Of a stretch of 32,000 nucleotides of DNA, positions 17,019 through 25,552 are shown piece by piece (within the stretch, counting starts at the first letter, position 1; each line of letters starts with the position of its first letter). The position numbers were made by a program, and so were the translations under genes. Under the pieces are notes generated by a model. The model was not told where the DNA came from and did not search any database. It saw only the letters and a program-made list of their open reading frames with translations. The stretch is from Nanopusillaceae archaeon. GTDB taxonomy: Archaea > Nanobdellota > Nanobdellia > Nanobdellales > Nanobdellaceae. Location of the stretch: the NCBI GenBank assembly GCA_049974095.1, contig JBMFJD010000008.1, positions 1 through 32,000 on the forward strand, written 5' to 3'.

Positions 17019-19616
17019 ATGAATATTGATGATATTAAAAATAAATTTGTTGAAGAATTTAAAGATCATATTGTTGGTATTAAATTAATTGAAAATAAAG
17101 ATCCAATCTTTGAAGATTTTAAATTTAAAAATAAAGAATTAAATGATTATTTAAATTCAATAAATTTTAAATTATATAAACATCAAGTAGAAGGATTAAA
17201 TTTATTATATAATAATAAAAATGTAATTGTAACAACCCCTACAGCATCTGGTAAGTCTCATATATTTAGATTGTATATTATTGATAATATTTTATCATAT
17301 CCAAACAAAACATTTCTATTAATATATCCATTAAGGGCATTATTATATGATCAATATGAAAAATTTGATCAACTAATAAAAGATTTTGAAAATTTTTCAG
17401 GTAAAAAATTAAATATAAAAATGAAATTTATTTTAGGAGATTTAACATATAGTGAAAAAGAAAAAATAATAAGGGAAAGACCAAATTTAATATTAACTAC
17501 GATAGATAATTTACATTTATATTTATTAAAAAATCATGATAAATTATTTTATTTCTTTAAAAATTTGGATCTAATTGTAGTAGATGAATTGCATTCATAT
17601 AGAGGGGTATTTGGAACAAATTCTGCATATACATTTAGAAGATTAATAAGATTATTGAAATATTTCTATAAAAATAATAATTTTAAAATATTAACATTAT
17701 CTGCAACATTAAAAAATCCAATAGAATTTGCAAAAAAGATGTTTAATCTAGATTTTGAATTAATAGATAAAGATTATAGTAAAAGATACAAAAGATATAT
17801 TATTGCAATAGATCCAAAGCATTCAAACTCAAGATTAATATTAAAAAGAGCTGTAAGGATATTGTTAGAAAATAATATAAAATCTTTAGTATTTATTGAA
17901 TCAAAGAAAGGGGTTGAATTATTAAAATTTAATATAACAGATATAGATAAAGAAAATAAAATATATACATATAAAGCAAGTTATTTAAGAGAAAAAAGAA
18001 AAGAAATTGAAGAAAAATTTAAGAATAATGAATATTTAATTTTAATTACAACATCTGCATTAGAATTAGGAATAGATATTGGAGAAATAAAATCTGTATT
18101 AAATTATGGAATACCTAGAGATGGTATTTCTTCAGTAATACAAAGATTTGGAAGATCTGGAAGAATATCTGACGGATTAAATATAATGGTGTTTAAAAAA
18201 GATGCACTAGATTTTTATTATTCAACAAATATAAAAGAATTTTTTGATAGAATAGAGAAAAATAAATTGGATAATATTCCATTAAATTTAGATAATGAAA
18301 AAATTGTAAAAAAACATTTATTATATTTAATAAATGAATTTGGAAGAATAGATGAAAATATATTAAATGATATAGAGAAAAAATATTTAAAAGAATTGGA
18401 AAATAATGGAATTGTTAAAAAAATAAAAGATCCATTATTTGGAAAAGAATATTATAAATTAAACAATCAAGTAATTTATTCTGGATTGAGAAATATTTCT
18501 GATAAAATATATTATATTGTTGATTTAAATAAAGAGGAGGAAGAAATGATAAGAAGAATAAAGAAAAAAGAAAGTTTAATAAGAATAATAAATATGTTAA
18601 AGGGAAATAGAAAAATATTAGAAGAAGTAGATGAATATGCATTTTACGAATATCTATTACCTGGTATGGTATATTATTCTGCAGGAAAAACAATTAGAAT
18701 AACAGATTATTATACAATTAATAATATAACATTTGTATTTTTTAGACCTGAAGTTCCATATATTGAAACACAACCAATTTATTATGAAGATGTAAAAATA
18801 ATAAATACTATAGATAAGAAAAATGTAAATGATTGGGAAATATATTTAGGTGAAATAAAGGTAAGGAAAGAATATATTGGATATATAGAAAAATATAAAT
18901 CTGGAGAAGAATATTTGCAAAATATAAATTATTATGATAGAAGTATTGTACATGAATTCAATACAAAGGCAATATGGATTGTTATACCAGAAGAATATAA
19001 AAAAGCAGAAGATTTATATATTAATTATTTTAAGGAAAAATTGGAAAAATATTTAAAGGAAAAAATTTATAATATTGAAATAGGAGAGATATATAATTTT
19101 GCATCTACAATAAATAAGGATTATTTCTATGATAAATATAGAGGATTGGCATCTAAAAAAATAAAAGAAATAATTGAAGAATATCTGGAAAGAAATTATA
19201 AAATAAAAGACAAAAAATTGATATTTTTAATTAAAAAAATAGTAGATTATCAATCTTCATTTAAATCTGGATTACATGCAATAGAACATAATATAATAAA
19301 AATATCTCCAATTGTTACATATATAGATTCCCAAGAACTAGGTGGTTATTCTTATCCTATTCATTCTCAAACAAATAAACCAACAATATTTATATATGAA
19401 GGATATGAATCTGGTGTCGGATTAGCGGAAATATTATTTAATAATATTGAAAAATTAATCAAAAAATCTGTTAAATCTTTATTTTCTTGTAAATGCTTGG
19501 ATGGATGTCCCAGATGTATATATTCTCCCAAATGTGGAAATTATAATGAATATTTAGATAAATATTCTGGAAGATTTATATATAAAATATTTTTAAATAA
19601 AAATATTTCTAAATAA
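17019..19616 (+). CDS. SF2 DExH helicase with C-terminal DUF1998/MZB four-cysteine domain (MrfA/YprA/Hrq1-like)
   Basis: 865-aa ORF. Motifs TTPTASGKSHIF (I), VVDELHSYRG (II), LSATL (III), QRFGRSGR (VI). C-terminal HAIEHNIIK...FIYEGYESGVGLAE...CKCLDGCPRCIYSPKCGNYNEYLDK. Confidence 0.85.
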   Translation: MNIDDIKNKFVEEFKDHIVGIKLIENKDPIFEDFKFKNKELNDYLNSINFKLYKHQVEGLNLLYNNKNVIVTTPTASGKSHIFRLYIIDNILSYPNKTFLLIYPLRALLYDQYEKFDQLIKDFENFSGKKLNIKMKFILGDLTYSEKEKIIRERPNLILTTIDNLHLYLLKNHDKLFYFFKNLDLIVVDELHSYRGVFGTNSAYTFRRLIRLLKYFYKNNNFKILTLSATLKNPIEFAKKMFNLDFELIDKDYSKRYKRYIIAIDPKHSNSRLILKRAVRILLENNIKSLVFIESKKGVELLKFNITDIDKENKIYTYKASYLREKRKEIEEKFKNNEYLILITTSALELGIDIGEIKSVLNYGIPRDGISSVIQRFGRSGRISDGLNIMVFKKDALDFYYSTNIKEFFDRIEKNKLDNIPLNLDNEKIVKKHLLYLINEFGRIDENILNDIEKKYLKELENNGIVKKIKDPLFGKEYYKLNNQVIYSGLRNISDKIYYIVDLNKEEEEMIRRIKKKESLIRIINMLKGNRKILEEVDEYAFYEYLLPGMVYYSAGKTIRITDYYTINNITFVFFRPEVPYIETQPIYYEDVKIINTIDKKNVNDWEIYLGEIKVRKEYIGYIEKYKSGEEYLQNINYYDRSIVHEFNTKAIWIVIPEEYKKAEDLYINYFKEKLEKYLKEKIYNIEIGEIYNFASTINKDYFYDKYRGLASKKIKEIIEEYLERNYKIKDKKLIFLIKKIVDYQSSFKSGLHAIEHNIIKISPIVTYIDSQELGGYSYPIHSQTNKPTIFIYEGYESGVGLAEILFNNIEKLIKKSVKSLFSCKCLDGCPRCIYSPKCGNYNEYLDKYSGRFIYKIFLNKNISK

Positions 19617-19619
19617 TAT

Positions 19620-19832
19620 ATGAAGAGTCAAACAATGGGTAAAGGTTCTGCATTAATATTATCTATAATATTAATAGTTATTATTTTGGTAGCATATTCT
19701 GTACTTGTATATCATAATTTCTTTGGGGCATTTTACGAATTTATATCCCTTTTTCAACAATATCCTTTAAATGAAATAATTATTTTATTAGCAGGATTTC
19801 TAATTGGATATTTCCAAGGTAAAGCATTTTAG
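19620..19832 (+). CDS. Hypothetical small membrane protein (two predicted TM segments)
   Basis: 70-aa ORF starting 3 nt after the helicase stop. Two hydrophobic stretches. No homology recognised. Confidence 0.4.
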   Translation: MKSQTMGKGSALILSIILIVIILVAYSVLVYHNFFGAFYEFISLFQQYPLNEIIILLAGFLIGYFQGKAF

Positions 19833-19866
19833 ATATCTTTATTAAATTTTTTCAAAAATATTATTT

Positions 19867-20613
19867 ATGAAAGTGACTTTTCCTCAAGCTAAAGAATTAA
19901 AAAATATAATGCCAGCTATAGTGAGTTTCTTATCAGAAGGAACATTCAAAGCAAATAAGGATGGAATATTTCTATCTTCATTGGATCCAGCAAATGTAGC
20001 AGTAATATTATTAGATATGTATCCAAATATGTTTACAGAATATGATGTAAATGAAGAAGAAAAATTTACAATAAATCTAGAAGATCTAAAGAAAATATTG
20101 ACAAAAGTAAAATTAAAAGATCAAGTAAGTTGGGAAATAGATAAGGAAAAAAATAAATTTGTATTAGAAATAAAAAGTAAGGCAAGGAAAGTATTTACAT
20201 TACCATTAATAGAATCTGAAGGATCTTTTATGGAGTTACCAAATCTAGAATTACCAGTAAAAGTTGAAATGGATTCTAAATCATTTTATGATATAATAGA
20301 CTCTGCAAAGGTTGTTGCAGATGAAATAAAAGTTATTGCAGATCCAGATGGACCAAAGGTATCTTTTGTTGCAGAAGGAGAATTAAAAGATATGAGAATT
20401 GATCTTACTCCGCAAGATGAAAGTGTATTATCTATGGAAGTTCCTTCAAAAGCATTATCAAGATATTCTATTGATTATTTATATAAATTATCAAAAGTAG
20501 CAAAAATATCAGATACATTAACATTTAGATTTGATACAGGAAAACCAATTTGGATTGATTATAAATCCACTGACAAATTTAGATTCGGATTTGTATTAGC
20601 TCCAAGAGAATAA
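19867..20613 (+). CDS. pcn: DNA polymerase sliding clamp (PCNA)
   Basis: 248-aa ORF of typical PCNA length. N-terminal FPQAKELKNIMPAIVSFLSEGTFKANKDGIFLSSLDPANVAVILLDM and YSIDYLYKLSKV match the archaeal PCNA pattern. Confidence 0.88.
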   Translation: MKVTFPQAKELKNIMPAIVSFLSEGTFKANKDGIFLSSLDPANVAVILLDMYPNMFTEYDVNEEEKFTINLEDLKKILTKVKLKDQVSWEIDKEKNKFVLEIKSKARKVFTLPLIESEGSFMELPNLELPVKVEMDSKSFYDIIDSAKVVADEIKVIADPDGPKVSFVAEGELKDMRIDLTPQDESVLSMEVPSKALSRYSIDYLYKLSKVAKISDTLTFRFDTGKPIWIDYKSTDKFRFGFVLAPRE

Positions 20614-20770
20614 TCTTATTTTTTAATACTTCTCCCATAAATACATTTTTGGGGTAATTTATTATAATAGGTATAATATATGAGGTACATGTTATGGGTA
20701 TTAGAAAAATATCATTTGGTATGGTCATGAGTAGTCTATATATAATAATTTGGTTCCTTAAAAGGAAAAT

Positions 20771-20787
20771 AAGAAAAGTTTTATAAA
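20771..20787 (+). promoter_or_regulatory. Putative BRE/TATA box (AAGAAAAG-TTTTATAAA) of the histone gene
   Basis: TTTTATAAA (20779-20787) is centred about 27 nt upstream of the ATG at 20810, consistent with a leaderless or near-leaderless mRNA. Confidence 0.45.
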
Positions 20788-20809
20788 TTCAATTATAATA
20801 TATATTTTT

Positions 20810-21052
20810 ATGGCAAGAGGAGAAAGAGGAATTCCAATGGCTGTAGTAGAAAGGATCTTGAAACAAAAGGGTGAACAAGCTGGAGTAACAAGAGTATCAG
20901 ATAAAGCAATAAGATTCTTAAAACAACAATTAGAGGATATAGCTTTTGAAATTGCAAAAGAAGCAGTATCATTGGCAACACATGGAAAAAGAACAACAGT
21001 AAAAAGAGAAGATATACAATTAGCAGTAGGTGCTATATTTAAGAAATTGTAA
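20810..21052 (+). CDS. Archaeal histone (HMf-type histone fold)
   Basis: 80-aa ORF. GIPMAVVERILKQKG..RVSDKAIRFLKQQLEDIAFEIAKEAVSLATHGKRTTVKREDIQLAV aligns with HMfB-type histones. Short N-terminal MARGERG extension. Confidence 0.9.
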   Translation: MARGERGIPMAVVERILKQKGEQAGVTRVSDKAIRFLKQQLEDIAFEIAKEAVSLATHGKRTTVKREDIQLAVGAIFKKL

Positions 21053-21067
21053 AGGCTTTCAAAATCC

Positions 21068-21086
21068 TTTTTCTTTCTTTTATTTT
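21068..21086 (+). terminator. Oligo-T tract downstream of the histone gene
   Basis: TTTTTCTTTCTTTTATTTT begins 16 nt after the stop codon, preceded by a small AAAGG...CCTTT inverted repeat. Archaeal terminators are typically oligo-T. Confidence 0.45.
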
Positions 21087-21118
21087 AGATTTTTAAATAT
21101 TATTATAATAACATAGTT

Positions 21119-21733
21119 ATGGATGTAGCAAGTAGAGCTTCTTTAGATCAAGAAATTTATTTAAGAGGATTGACTGGATACTTGGTTGGAAAAAATTTAT
21201 TTGAAGGATATAAAAAACTGGCTATAATAACATATCCAGATAGAATTTGTTCATCAATGGCAAGTTCTGTAGTTTCTTCATTTTTATCTACAGGAATGTA
21301 TAAAGATTATAGTGCTTCAGTATTTTTATATGATGAAAATAAATTGGAAGAAATAGTAAAAGAAATAATAAAATATGATCCAGATATATTGTTTATTGCA
21401 TATGGAGGAGAGCAAAAATTATCGCATGTATCAGAAATTACAAAGAAAACAATTGAAAAATTAATGAAAAATAATTATAAAAAAGCATTGGCAATACATG
21501 TAAGAACATGGTTAGCAACAAAGCAATTATCAGATATATTGTCAGATAATAAATTAAAAGAATATTTAAAATCATTACCAGAAATAAGATTATTTACTGC
21601 AGATGCTCAAAACAAGAAATTCTTTTTCAATAAAGTAAAAATTGAAGATATTGTAAAATTAGAAAAGTTTAAAGAAGAAAATATAACTGATGAACATGCA
21701 AATTTACTAAAAATATCTATTCCACCTCAATAG
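21119..21733 (+). CDS. Hypothetical soluble protein, no family recognised
   Basis: 204-aa ORF with no TM segments. Its 3' end overlaps the nth 3' end by 17 nt. Confidence 0.5.
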   Translation: MDVASRASLDQEIYLRGLTGYLVGKNLFEGYKKLAIITYPDRICSSMASSVVSSFLSTGMYKDYSASVFLYDENKLEEIVKEIIKYDPDILFIAYGGEQKLSHVSEITKKTIEKLMKNNYKKALAIHVRTWLATKQLSDILSDNKLKEYLKSLPEIRLFTADAQNKKFFFNKVKIEDIVKLEKFKEENITDEHANLLKISIPPQ

Positions 21734-22361
21734 TTTTTCCATAATTGCATATATTTTTTATTTTACAAATATTACATCTTGGATTTATAGGTTTGCAAAT
21801 ATTTCTTCCAAAAATTACAAAAGTAAAATTAATATCTTTCCAATATTTTTCAGGAATAATTCTATATAATTCTTTTTCAGTCTCTTCAGGGCTTTTTGTT
21901 TTTACAATTCCTATTCTATTAAATATCCTATGAACATGAGTATCTACAGCAATATAATTTTTATTACATACGATTATTAAATATACATTTGCAACTTTTC
22001 TCCCAACTCCAGGTAAAGATCTGATATATTCTTCATCGCAATATTTATTATAATCCCATAAATTTGCTATTTCCTTTATCCATTTCGCTTTATTATTATA
22101 TAATCCTATATCTTTTATTGTATTTTTTATTTCTTCCAAAGATGCTTTTTTAAAATCTTCTAATTTTTTAAATTTATTAAATAATCTTTCAGATACTTCT
22201 AATGTTTTTTCTTCTCTTACTCTAATAGATAATAAAATTGTAATTAATACTTTAAAAGGATCTTTATATTTTTCCCATATATATGGAGATGCAAGTTTTT
22301 CATTAATATCGCTTTCATTTAATGTTTCTTTTACTCCTTTAATTATTTTCTCTACATCCAT
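21717..22361 (-). CDS. nth: Endonuclease III (HhH-GPD DNA glycosylase/AP lyase with 4Fe-4S cluster)
   Basis: 214-aa ORF. HhH LPGVGRKVANVYL, AVDTHVHRI, and C-terminal cluster motif CKPINPRCNICKIKNIC (C-x6-C-x2-C-x5-C). Confidence 0.9.
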   Translation of the reverse strand: MDVEKIIKGVKETLNESDINEKLASPYIWEKYKDPFKVLITILLSIRVREEKTLEVSERLFNKFKKLEDFKKASLEEIKNTIKDIGLYNNKAKWIKEIANLWDYNKYCDEEYIRSLPGVGRKVANVYLIIVCNKNYIAVDTHVHRIFNRIGIVKTKSPEETEKELYRIIPEKYWKDINFTFVIFGRNICKPINPRCNICKIKNICNYGKTIEVE

Positions 22362-22362
22362 A

Positions 22363-23589
22363 TTATATAAACATACCTTTATCTAAAGGATTTATTACAA
22401 CATAATTCCCATCATATACAACTTTTTCTACTATTTTTGAAAATTCATCAATATCTTTACTTTTTATATTCATCATTCTATTTATTAATTCTTTATTATA
22501 ATCTTCAAATAATTTACCTGTATATGGATATAATACCAATGGATCTTCAAATAATCTTTCTGATAAATTAAATTTTACTTTATAATTATCCAATATAAAA
22601 TTATATGTAATTTTTTTGATATATTTTTCGTCTATACTTTTTATTTCATTTAAAAATTCTTCTATAGCTTTATTTAATTGATATATTCTGTTTCCGTTTA
22701 TTCTCTCTAAATAAAAACTCAATATTATTTCATCATCATAATATATTAAAAATCTTATAGCAGCATTAAAAGAAATATTATATTTTTTAACTAATATATT
22801 CTTTAACAGTGTATCTCTTCCGAAGGTAAATAAAAATATTAAAGGATCATATTCAGGAAATTTCTTTGCATCTATATTTATTGAAGAAGCATAATAAGTA
22901 AAATCTGGTCTTGAAGTATAATCAGTTATATTTGTACCTTTATCCTTACTTGGATTTTTTATTTTTTCCCTTTTTCCTTCAATTTTTGAAAAATAATTTA
23001 TCAATAAATTTATATCATCCTCATCTACATTCCCTTCTAAAAATATTATTAAATTATCTGGAGTATAATATTTTCTTTTATATTCTTCCAATATTTTTTC
23101 ATTGATATTTTTTATTGTATTTTCATATCCTATAATTTGTTCTCCATAATCTGAGTATCCATATACAGATGTTGGTATTAAATTCATTAATTTACTAAAT
23201 CCATTAGCATTAGTTTTTTCAATAATGTTCAACATTTCTAATTTTAAATTTTCTATTTCATTATTCTCAAACTGCAAATTTATTATACAATTATATAATA
23301 TATCTATAATATCTTTGAATTTTTCTTTAATAGTTTGAATTACAAAAACACTCTTAGATTCTTCTGTACGAATTATATAAGTACTTCCATTATCCCCCAA
23401 TGTTTTCAATATATGTTTTTTATTGCCAGATCTAAACATAATTCTATTTTCAAAATTTGTTATTCCTCTATATTCTTTATCTTCATATATAGATCCTATA
23501 TTAAATAATAGAGCAATTCCTATTATATCTATAGGTAATTTATCTACAATTATTTTTATTCCGTTTTCTAAATTAATTTCTTTCATCAT
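22363..23589 (-). CDS. M16-family peptidase-like protein, active-site motif degenerate (probably non-catalytic subunit)
   Basis: 408-aa ORF, clearly paralogous to the upstream M16 gene (LFNIGSIYEDKEYRGI...). NFENRIMF replaces the HxxEH zinc motif. Confidence 0.8.
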   Translation of the reverse strand: MMKEINLENGIKIIVDKLPIDIIGIALLFNIGSIYEDKEYRGITNFENRIMFRSGNKKHILKTLGDNGSTYIIRTEESKSVFVIQTIKEKFKDIIDILYNCIINLQFENNEIENLKLEMLNIIEKTNANGFSKLMNLIPTSVYGYSDYGEQIIGYENTIKNINEKILEEYKRKYYTPDNLIIFLEGNVDEDDINLLINYFSKIEGKREKIKNPSKDKGTNITDYTSRPDFTYYASSINIDAKKFPEYDPLIFLFTFGRDTLLKNILVKKYNISFNAAIRFLIYYDDEIILSFYLERINGNRIYQLNKAIEEFLNEIKSIDEKYIKKITYNFILDNYKVKFNLSERLFEDPLVLYPYTGKLFEDYNKELINRMMNIKSKDIDEFSKIVEKVVYDGNYVVINPLDKGMFI

Positions 23590-24796
23590 TATTTTCAGGA
23601 TATATAAATACTTTTCTTCCTTTATTTAATTCTTTTAAATATTTTCCTAATTCATTATATTTTTCTTTTATTATTTTTTCTTCTTCATTTTCAATTTCTT
23701 CTAAACTTTTTCCAAATTTTATAATATATATTGCTTCTTCAAATAGTCTTCTAAATATATTATTTTTTACTTTTGTCAAAAATAGGAATTTTTCTCTTTT
23801 AATTCTTCCATCAATATATTCTTTATCAACATATTCTTCATATTTATCTATAAAATAATTTATTGCTTCATCCAATAGTTTTTCTTTATTTATATCGAAA
23901 CCAGGTATTAATAAAGAAAGTATAGAATAATTATAAATGGACCAACTGTTTAATGATTGTGTATATCCTATACCATATTTATTTCTAAATATTTGAAATA
24001 TTTTTGATGAAACTCCTCCAGATAATAAACTTTCTAAGGCTTCTAAATAAAATATATCATTTATATCAAAATATGTTGATAGAGAAAAATAAATTTGATC
24101 TTTTATTTCCTTCTTCTTTATTATTATATCATTTCCGTTATCTATACTTGGATTTTTCTTTTTATCACTATTTCCTTCAATTTTTTCAAAATATTCTTTT
24201 ATTTTTTTAATATGATAATCATTAAAATTTCCTTCCACAATTATTGACATATTATCTGGATTATAATATCTTTCTTTAAATTCTTCAATATCTTCCTTAT
24301 ATATATTGTTTATTGTTTCCTTTGTTCCCCCAATTGGATCTCCTAGATCAGAATTTCCAAATAAAGATTTTGAAATATTTATATTTAGTAAATCTTCAGG
24401 ATCATTTTCATATCTTAATATTTCTGATAATATTACTTTCTTTTCTTTTTCGAATTCATCCTCTTTATATTTTTTATTTATTATTGCATAATATAATATA
24501 TCTAATATTTTTTCAAATCCTTCTGGAATTGTTTCTACTAAGAATACGGTAATATCTTGGGAAGTATATGCATTTGATATTCCTCCATTTAATTCTAATC
24601 CATAATCTATTTGTTCTGTGCTATATTTTTCATTTGATTTAAACATCATATGTTCTAAGAAATGAGATATACCTCTTTTTTCCTTTTCTTCATATATAGA
24701 TCCAATATTAAATACTATACCTATACCAATACTATCTGTACCTTTCAAATATATTTTGTACAAAGGTATATTATTTTTTAAATATTCTACTTCCAT
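23573..24796 (-). CDS. M16-family zinc metallopeptidase (pitrilysin type, half-size M16B)
   Basis: 407-aa ORF with an intact inverted zinc motif HFLEHMMF (HxxEH) and a downstream conserved Glu-rich region. Confidence 0.85.
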   Translation of the reverse strand: MEVEYLKNNIPLYKIYLKGTDSIGIGIVFNIGSIYEEKEKRGISHFLEHMMFKSNEKYSTEQIDYGLELNGGISNAYTSQDITVFLVETIPEGFEKILDILYYAIINKKYKEDEFEKEKKVILSEILRYENDPEDLLNINISKSLFGNSDLGDPIGGTKETINNIYKEDIEEFKERYYNPDNMSIIVEGNFNDYHIKKIKEYFEKIEGNSDKKKNPSIDNGNDIIIKKKEIKDQIYFSLSTYFDINDIFYLEALESLLSGGVSSKIFQIFRNKYGIGYTQSLNSWSIYNYSILSLLIPGFDINKEKLLDEAINYFIDKYEEYVDKEYIDGRIKREKFLFLTKVKNNIFRRLFEEAIYIIKFGKSLEEIENEEEKIIKEKYNELGKYLKELNKGRKVFIYPENNDERN

Positions 24797-24839
24797 TTTT
24801 CTAAATAATTATTTAAATATTTAAAAAATATATAATAAA

Positions 24840-25241
24840 ATGCCAGAAATACAGGTAAAAAAAGTAATTGATTTAAAGAAAGGATCATATGTATGGTACA
24901 ATAATGAAGTATGGGAAGTATTAGAAATGGAAACTGCAAAGACAGGAAAACATGGATCTGCTAAGGCAAGAATTGTAATAAGATCATTAATTTCTGGAAA
25001 GACTACAGAATTAGTAAAACCTACCCAGGATCCAATAGAAGTACCTATTATAAATAAAATAAGGGGACAAGTAATAGCAAAGGTATCTGATGATACATAT
25101 ACAGTAATGAATCTAGATAATTATGAAACATTTGATGCAAAAGTAATTGATGAAAATTTAAAAGGAAAAATACAAGAAGGACAAAAAGTTTTAGTATGGG
25201 ATGTTGGAGAGAAAATAATAGTACAAGCATTTAGAGAATGA
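24840..25241 (+). CDS. eif5a: Translation initiation factor 5A (aIF5A)
   Basis: 133-aa ORF with the hypusination loop TAKTGKHGSAKARI. Confidence 0.92.
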   Translation: MPEIQVKKVIDLKKGSYVWYNNEVWEVLEMETAKTGKHGSAKARIVIRSLISGKTTELVKPTQDPIEVPIINKIRGQVIAKVSDDTYTVMNLDNYETFDAKVIDENLKGKIQEGQKVLVWDVGEKIIVQAFRE

Positions 25242-25552
25242 ATATAAAAGAGAAAATAGAAAATAGGTTAGATAATATATTAAATAAATATCCTACTCTA
25301 AAAAATTTTTTGTTAAATACTTTAAAATGGTATTTTCCAGAGGATAAAAATAAATTAAAGAAAATCTATCTTTTTAATACTCTTGGTTATGTAATTTCTC
25401 TTTCAGTTTATTATTATATTTTTCATGATCCTAAATCATTTTATATTTTACAATCAAGTGTCCAATATATAGTAAATAATGCTTTACCTACAATGTATAC
25501 TAAAATAGAAGGTATAAGGGAAATATTAAAAGAAATTATACCTTATATTTAA
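25238..25552 (+). CDS. Hypothetical protein (one hydrophobic segment)
   Basis: 104-aa ORF with 4-nt ATGA overlap to aIF5A. Its 3' end overlaps the nfi 3' end by 17 nt. No family recognised. Confidence 0.4.
   Translation: MNIKEKIENRLDNILNKYPTLKNFLLNTLKWYFPEDKNKLKKIYLFNTLGYVISLSVYYYIFHDPKSFYILQSSVQYIVNNALPTMYTKIEGIREILKEIIPYI

Noticed and set aside
17019-19616. The DUF1998-containing helicase as a component of a DISARM-like or other anti-phage defence system.
   Set aside because: No methyltransferase, PLD nuclease, DrmB-type separate DUF1998 gene or other defence partner is adjacent. The single-polypeptide helicase-plus-MZB architecture and the ligase/PCNA context fit the MrfA/Hrq1 repair family better.
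20810-21052. Visibly higher G+C in the histone gene, and likewise radA at 28584-29561 and the PRC-barrel gene, as a sign of horizontal acquisition.
   Set aside because: These are highly conserved and probably highly expressed core genes. Amino-acid constraints (G, A, R, V-rich proteins) explain the composition without invoking transfer. No flanking repeats or mobility genes are present.
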